A model generated the notes under the pieces. That model did not search any database. It was not told where the DNA came from and saw only the letters and a program-made list of their open reading frames with translations. Of a DNA stretch of 30,547 nt, positions 25,248-30,547 are shown one piece after another; position 1 is the stretch's first letter; each line of letters starts with the position of its first letter. Location: positions 1-30,547 of the IMG/VR virus record IMGVR_UViG_3300032270_001941; one strand, written 5' to 3'. The position numbers were made by a program, and so were the translations under genes. Source of the stretch: a virus. Lineage: Duplodnaviria; Caudoviricetes.

Positions 25248-28200
25248 TTAATACGCTCCCATGATAGACGCAATTTCAACGTCGCTAGTGTTAGTCGAGC
25301 TATTAACAAGTATCCATGCACTGTCGTAATAGACGAACATTTCATCTGTTGTGCTCTTAAACCACAATTGTCCGTTTGCCGGGTTCGAAGGCGCGGATGC
25401 TGCCGTAACAGCACCAATACCAGAAGAACCAATTTCGACCCAGTAAGAGTCGTAGTAAACAAAAGTTATTGCAGAGTCGGTCTCAAACCAGAAGTCACCT
25501 TGGTCGGGAGAGCTTGGAGGGGTTGTCCCCAGAGACATCTTTGCGCCTGAAGCAATAATGTGATAGTTGCTTCCGTCACTTGTTGCTTCCCATCTATCAT
25601 CAGTTTCGTTCCATCTGATGGCTACGCTTGCGCTTGTTCCTCTGTCAATAACGATAGTTCCATCAACTGTTGGAGCTCCAACCGTCCCAGCATTCAAAAC
25701 AATCTTACTGTCAGAAACGTTTAGCTCGGACGCGTTGCTTGATTGGCTGTTTGTGGCATAAAGATTTGTAACTACAAGCGTGTCAAATTGCACTGAAGCA
25801 TTTGTTCCAACTGCTTGACCAATAGAAATTGTTGGGGTTGCTCCCTCTCCAGAGTTTCCAGTAATCGTTACGCCGGTTCCCTCTGTGAGATTGGCTACAT
25901 AATTTCCAGTTGTGTCTGTCCCAAGCGCTACAGAGTCTGCAGCAATCGTGGCGGTCAGCGTTGCATTTCCAAGATTAGTAAGCGTTGCTGAACCGGTCAA
26001 ATCTCCGCCAAGAGTTATAACAGGAGAAATTCCAGTAATAGTTGGACTTGTAAGCGTCTTATTGGTAAGTGTATCGGTTGTATCAGTACCTACAAGTTGC
26101 GTAGTTGCATTTGGAAGTGAGATTATTCTGTCTGATGTGGCGTCAGTTGCAACAATTGTCGTCTCAAATGAGTCGTCAGTGGATCCTTCAAAAGTTATAG
26201 CACCACCAACATAAACAAGGTATGGACCAGAAGCAATGTTTGCTGAAGGGCCAACGTTAGGTTGGTAGGTGAATGTTGAGGATGCTGGGACTGAGGTAAT
26301 TGAGTAAGTTCCGTTGTAGCCAGTCTGAGTTGCACCAGACACGGTGATTCTTGCGCCAATAGCAAGACCATGATCAACTGCAGTAACGGTCACAAGGTTG
26401 CTTACGCCACTGTATGTAAGTTGAGTAGCATTTACCTGTGCATTTCCTACTGAAAGGTTTGCAAAAGATGGAGAGTTGGTTGTACCAACAGCCTGACCGA
26501 TGCTTATTGTCGGGTTTCCACCTTCTGAGGCAACACCGTTGGCAAGCGAAACACCAGTTCCGGCATTTATTGAAGAAACATAGTTTCCAGCAGTATCAGC
26601 AGTTAGGTCAACTGCATCAGCAACCCAAGCGCTTCCGCTCCATTTAAGGAACTGACCAGCAGTTGGGGTGGCAACAGATACGTCAGAAAGTGCATCAAGT
26701 GCGTGTGTTGATATTGAAGAAACGGTTGCAGCGTTTCCAGAAATGCTTCCGTCAACGGATCCTGTCACATTTCCTGTTAGATTTCCGGTTACGTTTCCAA
26801 CATGTAGACCGGTAGTCATACCAGTGACATCGCCGGTTACATTTCCAGTGAGATTTCCAGTTACATTGCCACTCACGCTTCCAGAAACGTTTCCGGTTAA
26901 GTTTCCAGTTACGTTTCCTGTTACGTTTCCAATGTGTAGTCCTGTTACGTTTCCAGTGACATCACCAGTTACATTTCCGAGAAGATTTCCAGTTACGTCT
27001 CCAGTGACATTTCCAATTACAGTTCCTGTATGTTGTCCGAAAAATGCTCCACCAAAAGAAGCAGATGAAATGGCCGATCCTTCAATGTCGGTTGCATAAA
27101 CTCTTGCAAAGTTCACCGAAGAAGATGTCTGAACATCCTGTCCAATCGAAAGGGTGTGTGTTGTGCCCTCACCGGTTGTGGCTGCTGTCGAAGAAACACC
27201 AGTTCCACCAGTGATGGTGGCTACATAGTCGCCTACGGTATTTGTTCCAAGTGTCACTTCTACGTCAGAAGTTTCTAGTCCAATTACTCTTCCGTATGCG
27301 TCTAATTCAATATTGTTAATAAACGCTAATTCAGTAGTGCCAACAGAAGCTGTTGCGCTTATTCCTGGAAGGTCAACGCTATTTCCTTCAACCGTTAAAC
27401 CTGAACCAAAAATTATTTGTGCAACACCTGTTACCTGAACGTAGTCAAGATCGTCGGTTCCGAGTACATGCGCCCCATTGGCTCCACTTCCAAAAGAAGC
27501 AAGCGAGAAAGTTTGAAACACATTTTCAACACCAGCGGCGATGTTTATAATCTCGCCGTGAGTAATCTGAGTAGCAGATGAACCATCCATGTCGTCAACA
27601 CGCGTGAGAATCCAGTGGGCACTGATGCTTCCAACTTGAGTTACTTTATAAACACCGTTATGTTTTGCATCTGCTTGGTTTTTTACAAGAATTCTGTCGT
27701 ATTGCGCAGCATTGGTGGAGTCAACAACCAAAAGAGCATTGGAGGATGATTCCAGCGTTGCGCCAATTCCATACCCACCATCATCATCGAGTGTTCCTGC
27801 TGTGTAGGTTGGAGAATTTGGAAGAACAGCATCAGTGGCGAGTCTTGCTGGTTTATGCCAGTGTTCTAATCCAAGTTGGTAGTCAAGTGAGTCTTGATTG
27901 ACTATTGGAGAGTAGGTTGTTCCATCTTCTGATACTTCCCATTTGTCGTCAGTTTCGTTCCAGCGAATTGCCGTATTGAGCGATGTTCCTCTTTCAACTT
28001 CAATTCCTGCATTGAGAACTGGTGTACCAGTGACATTGGAGTTCAGCGTAATGAGGTTGTCTTCTACGGCAAGATTGTCTGTATTTAGGGTTGTAGTTGT
28101 TCCGTTAACCGTAAGATTGCCGCCAACAACGACATTCCCAGTTGTCTCAAGTCTTGCAAAAGAAACCGAAGAAGTGGTTGCTACAGCCTGACCTATTGCA

Positions 28201-28571
28201 ATGGTCGGAGTCGCACCCTCCCCAGAGTTGCCAGAAATTGTTACACCAGTACCCTCTACTAGCGAAGATACATAACTACCAACCGTGTCGGTTGCAAGGT
28301 TGATTGGGTCGTTAATCCAGTTCGTGCCGTTCCAGCGGATTACGTCACCAGTTTGAACATCGTTGATTACAACATCGGAAAAATCGTTTAATACAACGTC
28401 ATCAACTGAGCCAAAGAAGTAATCTAGGTCTTGCCAGTGGTTGGTGCCGTCGCCAAGCTTTATTTTGTTGGTATTAGACTCAAGACCAATTTCTCCGGCC
28501 GAAAGTACGGGATTGGCGGTATTCCAGTTGGAAGCCGTATCGCGACGGAAAAGTATCTTTTTATACGCCAT
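25248..28571 (-). CDS. Long tail fibre-like protein with Mtd-N-like N-terminus (1107 aa)
   Basis: I.FRR.TA..W...NPVL..GEIG.E..T.K.K.GDG...W..L.Y; four DT.G.YV.....GTGV......EG...T.SIGQ.V.T repeats; GNVT run; two C-terminal P..P..G..WF......FVYYDS.W repeats. Confidence 0.85.
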   Translation of the reverse strand: MAYKKILFRRDTASNWNTANPVLSAGEIGLESNTNKIKLGDGTNHWQDLDYFFGSVDDVVLNDFSDVVINDVQTGDVIRWNGTNWINDPINLATDTVGSYVSSLVEGTGVTISGNSGEGATPTIAIGQAVATTSSVSFARLETTGNVVVGGNLTVNGTTTTLNTDNLAVEDNLITLNSNVTGTPVLNAGIEVERGTSLNTAIRWNETDDKWEVSEDGTTYSPIVNQDSLDYQLGLEHWHKPARLATDAVLPNSPTYTAGTLDDDGGYGIGATLESSSNALLVVDSTNAAQYDRILVKNQADAKHNGVYKVTQVGSISAHWILTRVDDMDGSSATQITHGEIINIAAGVENVFQTFSLASFGSGANGAHVLGTDDLDYVQVTGVAQIIFGSGLTVEGNSVDLPGISATASVGTTELAFINNIELDAYGRVIGLETSDVEVTLGTNTVGDYVATITGGTGVSSTAATTGEGTTHTLSIGQDVQTSSSVNFARVYATDIEGSAISSASFGGAFFGQHTGTVIGNVTGDVTGNLLGNVTGDVTGNVTGLHIGNVTGNVTGNLTGNVSGSVSGNVTGNLTGNVTGDVTGMTTGLHVGNVTGNLTGNVTGSVDGSISGNAATVSSISTHALDALSDVSVATPTAGQFLKWSGSAWVADAVDLTADTAGNYVSSINAGTGVSLANGVASEGGNPTISIGQAVGTTNSPSFANLSVGNAQVNATQLTYSGVSNLVTVTAVDHGLAIGARITVSGATQTGYNGTYSITSVPASSTFTYQPNVGPSANIASGPYLVYVGGAITFEGSTDDSFETTIVATDATSDRIISLPNATTQLVGTDTTDTLTNKTLTSPTITGISPVITLGGDLTGSATLTNLGNATLTATIAADSVALGTDTTGNYVANLTEGTGVTITGNSGEGATPTISIGQAVGTNASVQFDTLVVTNLYATNSQSSNASELNVSDSKIVLNAGTVGAPTVDGTIVIDRGTSASVAIRWNETDDRWEATSDGSNYHIIASGAKMSLGTTPPSSPDQGDFWFETDSAITFVYYDSYWVEIGSSGIGAVTAASAPSNPANGQLWFKSTTDEMFVYYDSAWILVNSSTNTSDVEIASIMGAY
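26734..27038 (-). repeat. 12-bp degenerate coding repeat, G(N/D)(V/L)T tetrapeptides (boundaries approximate)
   Basis: GNVTGDVTGNLLGNVT...; about 25 Gxxx units in the fibre shaft. Confidence 0.85.
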
Positions 28572-28753
28572 TAAGCATCGCCTCCGTCAGCAACCTGTGA
28601 ATCGTTTGCCTCGTCAATTTCAATATTGGCAAATCCACCGTCAATTATCGCAGATTTAAATCTTTGCCAACGGAACCCGTTCCAGCTCCAGGATTTACCT
28701 GCAACAGAAAATTCGTCATTTATTGACGGTGATGAAGGGAATACGATTGGCAT
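28571..28753 (-). CDS. Small virion-associated protein (60 aa)
   Basis: FPSSP...D.F...GKSW.WNG..W shared with the N-terminus of 21388..22167; two DGG motifs; TAATG coupling to the fibre gene. Confidence 0.75.
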   Translation of the reverse strand: MPIVFPSSPSINDEFSVAGKSWSWNGFRWQRFKSAIIDGGFANIEIDEANDSQVADGGDA

Positions 28754-28760
28754 ACGGCCA

Positions 28761-28771
28761 ATTATCTCACA
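28761..28771 (-). promoter_or_regulatory. Putative extended -10 element, leaderless
   Basis: TGTGA-GATAAT, 7 nt, ATG 28753; no SD. Confidence 0.55.
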
Positions 28772-28985
28772 CGACAGTCTTTCATCGACACTAGTCTGTT
28801 GTTTTCGCTAGCTTTTAGCGGAAGCCTTCTTGTTATTGCTCGTATGCCCTTATGGCATATTTGTTAACAAAGTTTGCAGTTGATGTAGTAATTAATTCAG
28901 CAGGCAATGCACCTCAAACTTCACCATAAGGGAATTAAGTTCCGGTTTTGTCCAAGTGTTTGAATGAAATGTAGTCAGCGATCAA

Positions 28986-30032
28986 CTAGAGACATACTGG
29001 AGGGTTGTATGAGCTCTTCGGATCTGGGAAGCATGATCCGCAGCATGGTTTTCCGTCGCAATTCGGACACACAGGGAATCCTGGGTCTACAGGGAAACCT
29101 GGGTCTACAGGGAAACCTGGGTCTACTGGTGCAGGAGTAACATTTGTAGTTTCTTCTATATAAACTGAATTAGAGTTAGCCCAACCCGGTCTTGAAACGT
29201 ACACATATGTATAACGGTTAACGTTTTCCCCAAGACCAAACCAACCGTGGCACGAGCCATAAACGTCATTAGGAATTTCGTTATATCCATAATAGTTGTA
29301 TGTTGCATCACCACCATTGCCAGGCTGTGCAAGGTTGTCGGTAAAGTAGTTGTCGTAACACCATGGGATGGAGTTAGTTGTTTCTGCAATATCTGAAACA
29401 ATTGGAGTTGGAACTTTACCGAACAATGGAGTAACCGAACTTGAGGAAGACGAGTAGCTTCCAGTTCCGATGCCGTTTATGGCATTGACTCTGAATACAT
29501 AGGCGGTTCCGTTAGTCAACCCAGTGACCGTTACCGAGGTGGCTGTTGACGCAGCGCGACTAAATGTAGTCCATGTTGAACCGCTATTTGACGAGTACTG
29601 AACCGTGTAATCGCTGATTGCCGAACCAACAGAGGCTGGAGCAGACCAAGAAACAGAAGCAGTTGTATTTCCATATGTTGATGGAAGACTAACTGTTGGA
29701 GCTGCTGGGGCAGAAGGAGCAGAACCAAGAACAAGCGAAGCGGAAGATGTCGACGCTAGTGATTCAGCAGCACTTGTTGACTCAATCGCAACAGCAGAGA
29801 ATGTGTAAGTTTGTCCTGGGGTGAGTCCGGCCAGCATGGATACCGTTGTGGAACTAGTTGTTGCAGTCACACCATTGCTCGCAGTTACGCGATATGTAAC
29901 TATCCCAGACTTGCCCTTATATCCAGTATGAGTGATTGTTATGTCTGCTGTTCCACCAGCACCTACAACGCTAGTTATTGCGCTTGGTGGGTCAATGAAC
30001 TTTCCGCCACTGGCTTGATTGCCCGGAATCAC
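28986..30032 (-). CDS. Double-FN3 protein with FPVDPG repeat tail and six-Cys C-terminus
   Basis: Two FN3 modules (...GLTPGQTYTFSAVA; VSWSAP...GLTNGTAYVFRVNA.N..G), then PVDPGFPVDPGFPVDPGFPV-CPNCDGKPCCGSC...C; GTGA overlap with the upstream gene. Confidence 0.85.
   Translation of the reverse strand: MIPGNQASGGKFIDPPSAITSVVGAGGTADITITHTGYKGKSGIVTYRVTASNGVTATTSSTTVSMLAGLTPGQTYTFSAVAIESTSAAESLASTSSASLVLGSAPSAPAAPTVSLPSTYGNTTASVSWSAPASVGSAISDYTVQYSSNSGSTWTTFSRAASTATSVTVTGLTNGTAYVFRVNAINGIGTGSYSSSSSSVTPLFGKVPTPIVSDIAETTNSIPWCYDNYFTDNLAQPGNGGDATYNYYGYNEIPNDVYGSCHGWFGLGENVNRYTYVYVSRPGWANSNSVYIEETTNVTPAPVDPGFPVDPGFPVDPGFPVCPNCDGKPCCGSCFPDPKSSYNPPVCL
29013..29089 (-). repeat. Right arm of long-range inverted repeat (partner 2462..2538)
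   Basis: 76/77 identity by manual alignment. Confidence 0.9.
29070..29129 (-). repeat. 18-bp coding tandem repeat, FPVDPG about 3.3 units
   Basis: Read directly; same unit as 2401..2481. Confidence 0.92.
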
Positions 30033-30547
30033 GATGCCGCCAAGTCACCTATAACAAACCACTCGTTTGCATTTTCTGTTTTGACCAATGTGCATGATGA
30101 GTAACGTGCTCTCAAGTAGACACCAGGAGTTGCGAGAAGAGTTACACCAGAGCCAGCAAGTATTCGCGTCTTGCCAGTTCCTCTTTGAACAATAGTAATA
30201 CTTGTGCCAGTTCCAAACGCAACAACCGAAGCACTTGGAACAGTCAAATCATTTGCAGAGCTTGAGTCCATAATAATGATTGTTTCTGCAGCATCACCAG
30301 CAGCAAGCGTGTAGTTGCCAGCTTTTGCGCCAAGCGTCTGAACACCAGTTGTTGAAATTGTTGCAGTTGAACCCTCACCCTGTGTGTGTGAGATGGAGAT
30401 ACCAGTGCTTGCAGACACATTGACCATGTAGTTGCCGACAGTGTCGGTGCCAAGGTTGATTGGGTCATTAACCCAATTGGCTCCGTCGTACTTTAAGAAG
30501 TCGCCAGAAGCAGCAGCTGAAGCCGAGACATTGCCGATGTCGTCAAG
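30029..30547 (-). CDS. Fibre/adapter virion protein, 3' part (starts beyond the window)
   Basis: Frame is open to the window edge: LDDIGNV...GDFLKYDGANWVNDPINLGTDTVGNYM, the same repeat type as the 1107-aa fibre; ends in the same ...W...GDL domain as 21388..22167. Confidence 0.8.
   Translation of the reverse strand, partial: LDDIGNVSASAAASGDFLKYDGANWVNDPINLGTDTVGNYMVNVSASTGISISHTQGEGSTATISTTGVQTLGAKAGNYTLAAGDAAETIIIMDSSSANDLTVPSASVVAFGTGTSITIVQRGTGKTRILAGSGVTLLATPGVYLRARYSSCTLVKTENANEWFVIGDLAAS

Noticed and set aside
25176-28659. Plus-strand ORFs such as 25912..26214, 26668..27099 and 27943..28191
   Set aside because: Antisense shadows of the repetitive fibre gene; PVTF mirrors GNVT.
2462-29089. 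Diversity-generating retroelement TR/VR pair, suggested by the Mtd-N-like domain and near-identical 3' ends
   Set aside because: Mismatches include G/T and G/C, so they are not adenine-specific; both copies are coding gene ends; no reverse transcriptase in the window.
30029-30427. 132-aa ORF as a complete gene
   Set aside because: The frame stays open to the window end with recognisable fibre repeats, so ATG 30427 is internal.

Overview
This looks like a 30.5-kb segment of a large tailed phage genome, possibly with an actinobacterial host; that origin is inferred from gene content and leaderless-type starts, and no capsid, terminase or polymerase gene lies in the window. Both ends carry virion fibre/appendage genes. 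Three fibronectin type III (FN3) proteins end in proline-rich repeat tails: one in 16 PPxF units, and two paralogues in (FPVDPG)n plus a six-cysteine cap. Between two of these genes lies an ~18-kb block of tailoring enzymes: 13 Fe(II)/2-oxoglutarate (2OG) oxygenase genes (14 domains, mostly prolyl-4-hydroxylase-like, one PhyH-like), a NodU/CmcH/TobZ-type carbamoyltransferase, two methyltransferase-like proteins, a GNAT, two atypical glutathione-peroxidase-fold proteins, a Rossmann NAD(P)-binding protein and a DUF6065-like protein. The leading hypothesis is a phage-encoded post-translational modification system that decorates Pro-rich tails of virion appendage proteins. The two FPVDPG genes share a near-identical inverted 3' segment, and several genes have -10 boxes 6-7 nt before the start codon, one of them bidirectional. 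No tRNA, rRNA, CRISPR, integrase, transposase or reverse transcriptase was recognised. All family calls come from motifs read by eye, not from searches.
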